A stretch of DNA of 52,432 nt, filler included, from Dimargaris cristalligena (Eukaryota): assembly GCA_003614675.1 (NCBI GenBank). It is 3 parts of 3 records of this genome, joined end to end, with 100 filler letters (N's around TTAATTAATTAA, not from the genome) between each part and the next. Parts side by side here need not be neighbours in the genome. Positions count along the whole stretch, not along the records: positions 1 to 17,413 come from ML002801.1; positions 17,514 to 34,924 come from ML002802.1; 1 more part is not named here. One strand, given 5' to 3'. Each line of letters begins with the position of its first letter. Position 1 is the first letter of the stretch. The notes below the pieces were generated by a model. It was not told the origin of the DNA and ran no database searches. It worked only from the letters and a program-made list of their open reading frames with translations. Shown here one piece after another: positions 13,296 to 25,836 of this stretch. The position numbers and the translations under genes were made by a program.

Positions 13296-14198
13296 TTACA
13301 ATTTTTCCTGGATCTTCGCAAGAGTGGCCTGGAGCTCAGCCTTGTCGGCCGGCTTGGTGGGCCAGCCCACCACCAACCCCTCGCTGTCAGAAGCGGAGGG
13401 CTTAGGGATAATATGGAAATGGACGTGATCCACCTCCTGATGGGCGATGCGGCCGTTGTTTTGCAGGATGTTATAGTTCTCCGCGCCGAGGGCGTTGACA
13501 ATCTTCTTCGCCACGGGAAGCATGTCGGCCAAGTATTCGTCGGGCACTTCATGCAGTTTAGCGGCGTGCACTATTCGGTGGTAACGGCAGGGAGTGATTC
13601 ACGAAGTATGAAAGGTAGTATAGTGAGTGTTTATAGGTCATTATAGAAGTGCAACTAGCCACACTAAATGTGCCCTAATTCCACATTACAGGCTGTAGGT
13701 TACAGGCGTCGGTGAAGATCATAACCAAGTAAAGCACTTACCCTTGGGAATCACCAGCTAGGATGGAGTCAATATGCGGAATGCAACATTTGAATATATA
13801 TCTAGGTTAGCATTGGCGAACGTAGGTCCACAATTATGAGGCTAAGAGCCCGGAGTCCAATGGTATACCGGTTATATGGAAAGGGGCTGTCTGTAGGGGG
13901 TGACTTACCGAGTGACCCTTGGACAGGGGGCCGATATCAAGAAAGGCGTAACTATGTAAAGCATAATGGCAGTGGTGCAGGGCAGGTCAACTAGGTGGGT
14001 CAGATATGAGGTGACTCGGGGAGTTGGCTAGAATAGTTCGACTGCGTGTTCAACTTTAGGCACATCGCCATTTTAGACAACCTGGTCGGGAGTGGGGGTA
14101 ACATATGGGTTTATGCCTTACCTGAACTCGGTTTCAAGTATCTTCATGGACGGGATAGTGCCCTTGACGATCTTGCAGAAGAGGCAATTGGCGGCCAT
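13296..14198 (-). CDS. HNT1: Histidine triad nucleotide-binding protein (Hint/Hnt1), 4 exons, 136 aa
   Basis: Exons 14198-14122, 13951-13909, 13757-13742 and 13570-13296, all with GTAAG..AG introns. The splice gives MAANCLFCKIVKGTIPS...YAFLDIGPLSKGHSLVIPKVH...YNILQNNGRIAHQEVDHVHFHIIPKP (HIT motif). Confidence 0.95.
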
Positions 14199-15096
14199 GG
14201 TTAAGCAGGGGCGTTAAGCGGGGGAAATGGGGTGAAATGAGACGAAGGGATAAGAGTGACGAATGGCGAGAGGTAAAGGCTGAAAGGGCAGGGTGTTGCG
14301 AGTCGTTTGAATTGGAAGGCGCTTTAAAGGACCGCTCAACCAGCTCCCGGTCATAAGCTCATACCAAGAGATTCCCACCAATTACTTTACCCCTGGCGCA
14401 CTATCTTTGTCGTGACGTGGGATATTTCTGGGCCAGCAATTATTAACCCTGCAATATAGCCACCAAGTAGATATATCAACCGAGTAGGGAGGGAGGTAGT
14501 ATTCTATCGAACTATACGCGGTTATGCAAGTATGACTGTCCGTTATGGTATGGTACTGGGCTAGTGTTTGCCCTTGTTCAGCAAGGGGCACCTTAACCCC
14601 CCCTCCTTAGTCGGGACCATATACGCTCATTATGAAACTTGCCCACTCACATTGTAATACTGAAAGTATAATGGAGACACTGGGGGTGTCTGCATATCCC
14701 AGTGTTAGGGATTCGGGGAATTGGTTCTTCATCCCGAAGCCCTTACCCCGATGGCCAAAGCCTCGTCGAAGTGGTCGATTAACCGTGTTTTTAGAGTTTG
14801 GATTACATGTACGCTATAGATCAGCTTAAAGGGTTGCTATTAAGTAAAGCAGTGCAATGATGTACCTCCACTTCACCCAAATACACTTGGAGGGGTATGA
14901 AACGACTCGGCAAGAGGCCAAAATCGAACGGCTATACTAATTGTGTTTTTTGTCTATTTCGGCTATAGGGTGTGCCAAATCAATACTGAAACGTCTAATT
15001 AGCCATATTGCTATCACCCTTAACGATTGGGTGATGGGACAAATAACCTTAATCAGAAAAATAGCACAAGGCTCCTCAGAAAATATACCACGCAAT

Positions 15097-15114
15097 CACA
15101 CACACACACACACA
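15097..15114. repeat. (CA)9 microsatellite
   Basis: Direct reading. Confidence 0.85.
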
Positions 15115-15339
15115 TACTGGGGAGGAGAGATTCGGCGGCCTATTGCTGAATTGCCAAATTCCTTCAGAAGAATCGTGGATTTGACCAGCAGTTTACGATT
15201 GATTGACCTGCCTTCTATTACTTATCCAATTCCCTCCCATTCCACCTTGATCCTCGTTCAAGTTATTTACTTCTTTTTTTTTTACCGACAAAACCTACCT
15301 GGTTGGGTTCCCCCGCCCCGCCTTTTATTACTCTTTTCC

Positions 15340-16698
15340 ATGTCTAAGTTTAAACTACCGTCGCCCAAGACCACCGCCTTCGTGGCTGCGCTGGGTGTGA
15401 TCGTGGGCATTAAGAAGTACGACAATTACCGGTCCGAGCAGGTGCGCAACCAACTGAAGGAGGCGGCCAGCGTCAAGGCCAAGGAGCCCTTGGGCCCCTT
15501 TGAAATGCCCACCAAGGTCATTGTCTATCTATCGCCTCCACCAGGCGACGGCATTCACAAGAGCCGTATCTACTTCCGGGACTACGTCAAGGTGAGAGTT
15601 ATAGGCAATCCCCAAGTATATAATTGGCGCGGCCCACTCGTTTTATATATATTCAGTATCTCTGTTTAATTGGTATCTTCGGAAATGAATGACGGGTACT
15701 TTGCACCCTTAACAATGTACCATTGCCTGCATCTATTATCACTAAACTATGTCACCCATATCTCTAATACTCACCTCTATCACCTACCAAATGTCCGCCT
15801 TCTGTTTTGGTTACTGTTCTACTCTTAGCCCATTTTTGACGCCGGTGCCCTGGACTACGATATTTATGAAGCCCACCAAACCGGTGATATCCACGCCACG
15901 GTATGCACGGAGCTTGTCAACCGGCGGAGGGACTTGATCCCCTCCCCCAAAGACGATCCTCTCACCAGCGAACAACCCCTCGATGCTCCCGCAGCTGCTA
16001 GCCAGGTCCAGAAGGTGGATCCCGCCACCTGCCCCAAAATAGCCATCGGTCGCAACACACTGGTCGAAATCTATAATGGCCTGAGTGAAGGAGCCACTGC
16101 GTCGCTTAACCCGCCTCCCCCACCGCCCCCGACCGATTTTGTGCCCGATGAAATCGATGCTTCTATAACCACCGCTGACGCCACCACCCCCTTAGTTTCC
16201 GAACAAACCGGTGAGATCTCCACCCCAATGGGTAACTCGGAGTTTGTTCCCGACGAGGTTCACCCGACTTCGCTAGTCCCGGAGCTGGCCACCCCTAGTC
16301 CCTCCGATCCCTTATCAGCCTCGGCATCACCATCACCATCACCTGCCGTCCCCGCGGTTGATTACGATTCCCTCGATACCGGTGTTCTACCCCCCATCCC
16401 GCCGATTGGTTTCGTCAACTTCAAAAATCGTATCGGTTGGTCTAGCATTCCGAGTCGTATCCTCCGGTTTTTTTACGATACCCCCCAGGTGGAAAAGATT
16501 GGCCAACAGGCCCTCAATATTGTCCTGGAACGGCGCCGGGTTTTCCAACCCTCGGATCTCGAACTGGGCACCGATGACGACCGAGTCCATGCTCTGACCC
16601 CGGAACAGCAGATTCCCCTGATTGTCGAACCCCGCATTTTGACTGATCTGGTTGTCTACGACTTGCCCAAACCTCCCCCGGGTACCGAGAACTTGTGA
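15340..16698 (+). CDS. TIM54: Mitochondrial inner-membrane import translocase subunit Tim54, 2 exons, ~373 aa
   Basis: Exons 15340-15591 and 15829-16698 (GTGAG..TAG intron). KLPSPK then a short TM segment, then VYLSPPPGDG...FRDYVK|PIFDAGALDY, and later IGW...P.RILRFF, all typical of fungal Tim54. Confidence 0.88.
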
Positions 16699-17413
16699 GG
16701 ACTCAGTTGGACAAGCTAAAATTAGTATTAATGGCCATGCAAAAGGTAGAGGGAGTGGGGTTGTGGCGGTTTTAAAGGAGCAAGCGACTCATTTTGTATC
16801 GCTTATAGTTATATACCGAGCGCCTTTCTTCTCCAAGTCCCTTTCCATTAAGCATCCATAATAAAGTATCCTAACGCTGGTGCGGTATGAATAAGGCCGG
16901 TGTGTGTTATTTTACGCCCTGTAATTAGGAATCATATAAGAATTATGAAGGCCAGAATATATACAATTAGTGTTGAAGCTATGGGCGAACTGCCCGTTCA
17001 GGTGGAGTATAGACTGTATTGCCACCACGGTATGCAAATTAGATGGCCCATCCACAACACGCACTGGTCAAGCGGATAGGGAAACCAGAGCAACGCAGCA
17101 CTTTGAGACAAGCACCCAACTTGTTTGACCTGCAGTAGTCTTAATATTATCGTTGATAGATGCCGTCGACGTTTTGTTATTTATTGGCAATACTTATTAC
17201 GCCAATTGGACAAGTCCACGGTCTGCAATAACCGAAAGTCGTCGTGCACATGTGTAAAGAACACGGCAGAGACAAATTTTGATAGTAAAAATAGAATAAA
17301 CTAATAGGGTCGGATGGTAGGAAGGAATAAAAGAAGGAGAAAGATAGAGAAACAAATTTTCGCATGGAAATTTTTCCTTTCTACTTCGGGGAAAGTAATA
17401 TTTTTACGGAAAA

Positions 17414-17513
17414 NNNNNNNNNNNNNNNNNNNNNNNNNNNNNNNNNNNNNNNNNNNNTTAATTAATTAANNNNNNNNNNNNNNNNNNNNNNNNNNNNNNN
17501 NNNNNNNNNNNNN
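17414..17513. other. Artificial contig-join linker/gap (N44-TTAATTAATTAA-N44)
   Basis: N runs flank a 12-mer with stop codons in all six frames. An identical copy lies at 34925. Confidence 0.97.
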
Positions 17514-17651
17514 TTTAGGCTTCCTCTTTCAAGTATAAATACTCCCCCTTGCTGCCACCTCTTGGAACGGCAAGTCTATCATCATCTTTCCCTTTTTATT
17601 ACCTATCTTTTTGAATAAAGTTCAGTTTTTAAGGATTTGAGTTCAGTTCTT

Positions 17652-18348
17652 TACACCAGGTGTGACTATGGGAAGGCAAATATGGTGCTATAAGGCCTAA
17701 TATAGTTAGATACTAAGCTAGCCAGATTAGGGTAGATTAGAAGGTCTGAAGTATACTTAGGCATTTATAAATATTAATATAACTATAGTATATTAAGCTT
17801 GACCCAAATATAATATAACATTTTTTGTTATAATATTAGTAATATAAATAGTAAAATAGATATACTAGAAAATAAATAATACCCTTGGGTACTCAAAAAT
17901 AACTAAGCCATAATCAAACTTCTGCAGAAGTACTTGCTATGTGAAATCTTTAGCCTTAACTAAAAAGTTATCTTTTATTGATAGGATATTCCACAGAGTA
18001 TTTATTCTAAAACTTGGGAATTATGAATTGATAAATGCTAAAGGACTAAATCAGACTAATGGTAAAGATAATAAAAGGGTTATTCTACTGGGTATAACCA
18101 AAACATCAGCATTGGAAAGATACTTAAACTAATAATTTGGCTAGGGCTAAAATTATACCTATTGGTATAATAAAAATAAAGATGTAAAAGGTATAAATAA
18201 ACTTATAATATGCTAAAAAAATAGCTAATACTTATTAATAGAGTATAGTATCAGACCATCTAATCCTCCTTAATCTGGCTGGCTTAGAGTCCATCCCTAT
18301 TAGGTCTTATAGTACTATATTAACCATCCTAGGGTCATCCCTGGTATG
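17652..18348. mobile_element. Degenerate MITE-like non-autonomous DNA transposon, ~697 bp, with ~100-bp terminal inverted repeats
   Basis: 17652-17749 aligns without gaps to the reverse complement of 18251-18348 (74/98 identical by manual count). The interior is AT-rich and non-coding. The right end is followed by TA. Confidence 0.7.
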
Positions 18349-18908
18349 TAGTGCCATCTGGAGGTTGGCACTTATCCCCAGACTGTGGACAGCCAGTCCT
18401 CATCATCAGAGGGTGGAATATACCACAATATACAATGGTGGTATCATTCCTGTCATTTTTCCACATAAATTACCACCTATACTATGGCATATACTAAAAA
18501 TAACAAAAATATTATTTATTTCTTTACACTTGTGGTTTGCATTAAAAAGTCCACTATTCTTTCTTGCATTTAAAAGTCCAACCTATTTCTCAGTGGATTC
18601 TTTGTCATTCCATCTTATTACATTCTTTACTTATTTTCCACATCCCTTTCTTTGTATCTGGTGGCCCCTAAGGCCCACAGAATGGTTACATAAGTAACCA
18701 GCAAATTCCCACTCATTTTTGGAGGACAATTACCACTCATTTTATTTTGAACTCTTTTGTCTATTCCCTGAACTTGACCACAACTTTTATTGGTTATTTA
18801 TTATTAATACTATTGTTTTTATAATTTCTTATTAAACTTTTGCCCCCCTCATTTATCCCCCTGTCTTCTGTCTGATTTTCTGACCATCTGCCCCTCCAAA
18901 ATCCCACC

Positions 18909-19500
18909 ATGACAACACCCAACCCTGCCCCTATCTCCTCCAACTCCATGAACCTCCCATCTTTTACCACCAGGGAGCTAGCTACTGTGACTTTAGGCCA
19001 TGCTGATAAGGAGGCCACTGCCTCCTTGCCAATTCTAAAGGCCATTAGCAACAGGCCAGACCTCCCAGGTAGTACAGGTACTATGGGATCATCCTATATT
19101 ATATAACCCTTCCCCTTCTGGACCCCACCTCTTTATACTAATCACTTAAGTGCTGATCCAAAGACTCGTCTAGTTACCATCAGAGTCTTCTGGATACTAG
19201 TAGCCATATGGTTGGCTTATTTACCTATCCCCTAGCCTTAGTAGTATTCTTCCCTTGCGACCTCCCTCTAGAGTTGTCCCCATATATATATATATAACTG
19301 GGCCCTGTTAGGACTGGTTAGATTTCTTAGCTTATTCTTACCCCTTAGTTTACCCCTAATAAACTCTATATACACTCACTCCCCTCATATACTAACTAGT
19401 AAGTATACCCACTGCACATCCCTTACCTATACCTGTATTTAGCCTTTATTAGTTAGTATTATACCTGTATCTGATGCTAGTAGCCTGCTTGGCCAAGCCT
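18909..19500 (+). pseudogene. Decayed ORF relic (Pro/Thr/Ser-rich) inside the CpG-depleted island, possibly repeat-derived
   Basis: ATG in good context (cccaccATG). The frame continues past TAA at 19104 with further TAG stops, e.g. CCC TAG CCT TAG TAG. Confidence 0.3.
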
Positions 19501-22500
19501 ACTGTTAGAAGCCTATCCTTGGGACTCTTGATGGACTAAGCATGGTTAATCTGGGTGACACTTTTGTTATGATCTATTTGCTGCCAGATATACTAGCTTG
19601 TTATATCAATGTATTTACATCAATGAATGGGTAGCTTTTTGATCAATGCCAGGGAAAGCATACCACCAGTTCCCAATTATGGTTTTATTACCCCCCCTTT
19701 TTTTAGTACTGAGTTTTTTTCACTCCTACCCACAGGGCCATTAATGGACTAAGAGTGATCTACCTGTATAACACAAATAAATGAGGGTTATATCCAATAA
19801 CCCTGTCCAACAGTTTTCGGTGCCAATGTTACGTCTAGGCTAAAGGGGCATATGTTGCTGAGTTTGCATATATATATTAGATAATTATACCAATGGTATT
19901 TTATTGAAATATACCAATCGTGGGATAATATGTGGTATACTTCGTTTTATATCTCAGGTTCGATTGTGTGGTCGATGTGGCTAGCAATTGCCGACTGCCA
20001 CCTTAGTGGCCCATCCTTATTGGTGGAGTCGGGCGATCATTCGGGTCCATGTCTACTGGCCCCCTCCAGCGGCTGCACTGGGCCTTGCCGAGGCCAAGTC
20101 TGTTATAGCTGAAGGGGAGTATTGTACATCTAAGTAAGTTGGTAAACTAGTTGGTACTGTGTGGCGATTTTTGAAAGAACTTATTCGACACTAGTGGATT
20201 GAAGTATGGTATAACATAAGCACCACCGACATTCAATGGTACCCACTCCGTCAAGTGAGTGGGACAAAAAGGGACTAGTGGCCGTAAATAATCACAAGAT
20301 TTTTTGTTGCCAGACTTTACCAGCAACTCGAGTTGCTTGAGAACTTTAAATCCCAATGAGGATAGAAAGCGAGAACGAGTCTGGAAAAATTAATTAACAA
20401 AATATTGTGCATAATCCGTCCCACGCCTGACTTAAACATGGTTCCTACTTTAGTCATTAGTGAAAAGGGAAATCGACCCACCGACTAATGAATATCCCTG
20501 GAATATTTATGGAAGCACAGCATTCTACAGTTAACCCAGCCAATAATCTGTAAGTCGAGATACTGTTGGTAAATAATAGAGCGAAAACCCTGAGTAATCA
20601 TGGGGTGTAGGTGTTGACACTTAGCAAGGTCTATCCATGTCTATGCAAAGGTTCTTCTTTCAGAACTCGGCGTTGACCGAAGAAATTCCTTTAGTAGAAC
20701 CCTTCGAAAATCGCCCGACCCATTTGAGTAGCGGGCCACAGCAACCTGTGAACGGAACGGGGGCTGGGACTGGGACTGGGAAAGTAGGGGAGGGTCAGCT
20801 GCTGTATGTCGGCCTGAACCACAGACCTAGCGGTAATTATTTGCTGGTTCCATTAAAAATAAACTCGAAATTGCGGAGAAAGTCGTATAGCCTTATATAA
20901 CCAACCTCTCATCCAGAGAAATGTCGACTCTACTCTATCGGCTGCGATCCATCAACAGCGGGTTGGGTATGCGGGTGTGACCTGACCCGTTAAACCTGTT
21001 TGTCTCCCAAACACAGAATCCTGGAAAAATGGACGACTCAGGGAAAAGCATCAGTCAGTCGTTGATATATTCCGGAGTAAGTAGAATGGATTCCAGAGGC
21101 AATAGCACTACCGGACCATAAAATATTCCGAATGGTGATGATAAATCGGAAGAGGTGGCCTATTCGGGTATTTTCAGCGCTCGCACCACATTGTGCCTAT
21201 CAATTTGATCAATTTCTGACTCCTCTATGCACACAAAAAAAAGAGAGGGTAAATTGTAGGCAAGTGCGCCCATGAAATTCGACATTCGGTCCGTATAGGG
21301 CAGCGGGGTCGTTTCCGGTTGGCTGAATTTTAATGATAAATGAAAACTGAATCCCAATATTCTAAGCAATTTACAAAACTAAACGATAATTTGGGGGCTG
21401 ATAAATTAGTTTAACCGGGCGGACACACGGTCGGACATTTTATTCGGGGATGAATCACCGATGGGGGGCTGCAGTAATTCCAGCCGCTGACGGGTTGGTT
21501 AAAGGGACTGGAAGAAGGGAGGGTGGGTATTGTCCCTATTCTGTCTGGGAGTTTCTTAGAGATTGACATGATTTGGGAAACACTCGTTGTTCTATTAAAA
21601 ATAAATCTAGGGAATCGTCTCATTTATCTGTATATAAACAGTTGGGCTTTCCACCCTTATTCAGAATTAATCAATCACGGATTTGTTGGCAACACACTTT
21701 TCATTGCATCATACACCCCCTCCCCTCTCTCCCATTTGAGACTCCCACTACCTAATACACCCTACGTCACCCCATAGCCCAGTCATTGCCAACTACCGCA
21801 CTCATACTCAGAATTTTTTGCATCAATTACCGCCGTGTGGACCCATTCACTATTATTCGTTGACTATGGTTGTACTCCAAACCCGCTTCCAGCCCAATCA
21901 TGGACCCACTCCCCCCATTTCCGACTCCCGGGACTTGGTAGTTATCCCCGTAAAGCGTCGCCCCTAGACGACTCAGGTACCCACCCATCATTGCGGGGCC
22001 CTACACCGGCGTCTCTATATGACGATGATGACGACTATGCATTTCTCTTTCTCTCCCTCTCTCGCCTTCACTTCTCAACCTGGGACCAGCAACACGCGCC
22101 CATATACCAGTACTTTCACCACACCCATGCGACCATTACCTATAAACTAAAATGGTTTCCTTACATCGTGAGAATCATTTGAATTCACAGCGATTACCGC
22201 CCACACCTCCCAATCACTCTGTTCTCAACTAATCAGCGTCCGAGCTATATAGGATTATTGGTTTATGGGGGGTCGGCAATTTACTCCAAAATATGGCCTC
22301 GGTAAACACCAGGGTGGCAAATGCCACTCTAGCATTCTTGACCTTATGTATATATCACTTTATCATTCCTCCTAAAATTCGGTGCGTATAATCTAATTTG
22401 ACAGCTGTTATCTGTGAGCCTTCCACTATGTAGTTATAATCCGTCTTCATATTTTATTATTTTGATAATTTATTAACTATTCACTATTTAGGCGTTATTC

Positions 22501-23691
22501 GTCAGTGACAATTTCTCTGGACGATTCCCCGTAGAATATTCAAATCTAGTTTAAACATAGAACTTTAACCCCATTGCTAGAAGTACAATAAATTTTCCTA
22601 ACGATTAATGAGTGAATTCCACAAGGGCTTTGAATGGCTGAGAGGACTGTATATGAATTGTACCTATCCAATGGGTATCAGCAATCACAGTGTACTGTTA
22701 CTCTTAGTGCGATTGGGTTGTGCAAATGATCCCCGTATTTTTTTATTAATTTGGTGACTCGGGCCGCGATCCTGGCCTTATTGAAGTTGCCTAAAAGGTT
22801 GGCGGTAAAGTAATACGCGACTTCCTTTGCCATGTCAGTGAGAATAACTTCCGCGTTCGTTGCGCGGAAGACTTAAAACGCTTAATATTGGATATGTGGT
22901 TCAGTATGATATAGGTGTGGGCAAGCAATAAATCAAGTGAAGCATTCGGAATAGTAATCTGACTATGCTTGACACCCAATTTCTATTAGTTTAAGGGCAA
23001 GTACCATGTAACCAACACTTTATATAAGGATAGGTATGGAGAATACCTATCTCGGGCTGATATTGTATCGTTATTTATAACCACTGATAGCAACAGGCAG
23101 CTGCTTACAAGTCTATATTGGGAGACTGTGCGGCTAGTCGATATACCTCATTGGATAATATTCCCCAAATGGATCTTTGAAATGCAACATTATGGCTGGT
23201 CTTTGTGGATTTTTTAGTAACAAATATGAAAAATGGCTAGTGACATCTGATTCAACAGTTTTTGTATCTGATTGTTAATTTCGGTGCAAATTACGTGAAA
23301 TACACGCGAATGGCTGCTTACAATGCCAGGTGCTAGATTGGCATATATTGTTCGACAGTTGGTATGAATCAATTTGGCTTTTGTGGAAATTCCTATTCCT
23401 AACGATTGAAGAAAAAACAATGGCAAAATTAGCCTTAATGAGACTGATTTCTAAAGAAAAAAATACAGAATATTTAAACTCACTGCTTCACTACACTCCT
23501 TTCATTTACTCTTTATTTATACCCACTCATGAGATGAACAACCACGACACGGTTGTTGGCTGTATAATAATAGAGCCACCCAAATCAATATATACACGCT
23601 GCATTTCATTACACCATTTTTCACACTACTCATTGATTTGCTGGTTGATTTCATTTATAGACAGGTATCAGACTTGACTCCACCACCTTAT

Positions 23692-23699
23692 TATATAAG
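23692..23699 (+). promoter_or_regulatory. TATA box of the zinc-finger gene
   Basis: TATATAAG about 80 nt upstream of the ATG at 23773. Confidence 0.5.
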
Positions 23700-23772
23700 G
23701 AGTAGCCCGTTTTCAATCCACAATGTATTACTTCACATAATTTTTTTTCGCCGAGATACCTGCAGCTCAACA

Positions 23773-24417
23773 ATGTCCGACACAAACCACAAGATGCGTA
23801 TTGACCATGTACTCAACAGCGCAGATATAGAACCCAGTGCAATTAACGATTACAAGATCGAATACTTGAATTCCCCCAATAGCTCTAAAAGGCATATGAA
23901 AAATCCCGAAGCGACCGAAGATTCACCCCGTATAGAGAATGCCTCTTTTAGCAAAACAGCCAGCAAACAACCCAAATATAGTTGCCCGAGATGTACCCGG
24001 TATTTTGCTAGTCAAGTTCGATTGGATGGCCACACTAGGTATTGTTTTGGTAACCAATCCGCACATTTTTGTAAAGGGTGTAACGGAGCTTTCAGAAGCT
24101 TGCCATTTTTAATTAGACATACTACTAAGTGTTTGAGGGAGGCTGCATGTCCTATTTGTGGAATAGCTGTTCCTTCCAACGCGCTGTTTCATCTATGTAC
24201 GCCACCTCCCGTATCGAACTGCTCTGGGCCAGTTGGACCATTGAAAATTACTGATGGCCCCCCCGTGGCTAACGAAAGCCCGCCAGTTGTAAACGCACCC
24301 CCCACTGGATGTACTGGTACTGGAACACCACTATCCACAAAAATCCGTAATGGGAAACTCCCTACCCCGTCCTCTCCAACTGCGGACGATTGCAGCAATG
24401 ATCAGTGCATAGTCTAA
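23773..24417 (+). CDS. C2HC-type zinc-finger protein, 214 aa (putative transcription factor)
   Basis: First ATG at 23773 (acaATG). N-terminal KMRIDHVLN motif, then CPRC-X12-HTRYC, CKGC-X12-HTTKC and CPIC...HLC, with a Pro-rich tail. Confidence 0.75.
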   Translation: MSDTNHKMRIDHVLNSADIEPSAINDYKIEYLNSPNSSKRHMKNPEATEDSPRIENASFSKTASKQPKYSCPRCTRYFASQVRLDGHTRYCFGNQSAHFCKGCNGAFRSLPFLIRHTTKCLREAACPICGIAVPSNALFHLCTPPPVSNCSGPVGPLKITDGPPVANESPPVVNAPPTGCTGTGTPLSTKIRNGKLPTPSSPTADDCSNDQCIV

Positions 24418-25836
24418 AACCAACTAAACGAATACCCATCTGCATTGAATGGCACTAATGGAAATTCGGAACTGACCCTTTGTGAAGCTGTCAATAAAAG
24501 TAGAAGGGTAGAACAATATGGGCCGGGCGCAATGGGTATCCACCACCACTTAGAATATTTCACAATTACCATTCCTACCTTTACCAGTATGCAGTCAGCA
24601 ACATTGTTTAATTTTTTATTAAAATATAAATTGGATACCTTGACTATGGTGGTTTTGACGGGGTCGTTTTACAGTGCACGTTGCCCTATACATCCTAGCC
24701 CAACAACCATTGATATCATTATTTGAACTAGATTCTACATTAGCAAATTTACCGATTTTAAAAAATATCTTAGGCCCAGTTACTGCTGAGTGGGCTTGCC
24801 GGCGGATATTTATAGGCTTTGCCTGGTTTTCCAATTACCTGTCTATTGATGGTCAAGCTGCAGAAGCTGAATAGCTCTGCAAATCCAGCAATCCACTAGA
24901 GCATGCTAATATTAATCTATATTGAAGAGCGGTACATACTTCGGCTATTTTTTTCAACGAGGAAACACCTTACAAATATTAGGTCAATACTAGAATATGC
25001 ATGACCACCGAACCTTTATTGTCCGCTGGGCCCCAACTCCAGCTTGTTTGAATGTTCCTGGAATAAGTGTATGCAATCCAGCCCTATAATTGTAGCCGCC
25101 AATATGCTATAGCTAAGTAATAATCGTACTATGGGTGTGTTTTAATATAGATATATATAAACAACCGGGAGATAAGAAAATGATAGTATTTGACCACTAT
25201 TCATAAGTAATTTACATTAGCGCTCTACACATAAAGTAGTTTTTAATCAATCCTGCACCCACACCCGTACGATTCACAGTAAAGTGTGAAGGCGAGAAGT
25301 ATACTCTTTTCCAGCTACCTGCGATCACTGAGCTTCCCAGTTACGGATTAAAAGGATTATAGTGCAATTTACAGTTAATATGTGGGATGAATGCTTTGAT
25401 TGTCTACACTAGTTTAGCTAATAGATAGGTTTTTATTATCCAAAGGTGACTTGCTAGTGTAATCCGACAGATAGCTGCCGAGTTGCATAGTCGGAATGGA
25501 GTCCAGAGGGCCACCTGGTATACTCATACAAAGTACAGTTATTTCCTATACAATTTAAAACTGAGTAAGCTGAAGCTTCAATTGAGACCATGGTTTACCC
25601 ATAGGGAACCGTAATAGATATAGAGCACGTAACATAAATAAATTACAACGAAATAAAGCGACCGAAAACACATTTGACTAATTACTAATGCTGACAAGGG
25701 TTTCGAATCCCACCCCTTCCTCCTTTACTGCGACTTCAAATGGTGGGATCCCAAAAGTTAGATTCAGTGATAACTAGGGTAGGTGTGACGGGCCCACTGC
25801 CATCTGGGACCCGGGGTGGGTAACGGTATAAGTTGG

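Noticed and set aside
14941-15339. N-terminal extension of Tim54 in the ORF track
   Set aside because: TTG start running through a microsatellite and UTR-like sequence; the real start is the ATG at 15340.
21628-22182. TATA box, leader and 115-aa ORF
   Set aside because: The ORF starts at GTG, the ATG-initiated frames stop within about 35 codons and no motif is recognisable.
25696-25750. tRNA T-loop-like GGGTTTCGAATCCC with a nearby ATCCCACC/GGTGGGAT stem
   Set aside because: No acceptor, D or anticodon arms can be folded; it lies in the 3' flank of the secreted-protein gene.
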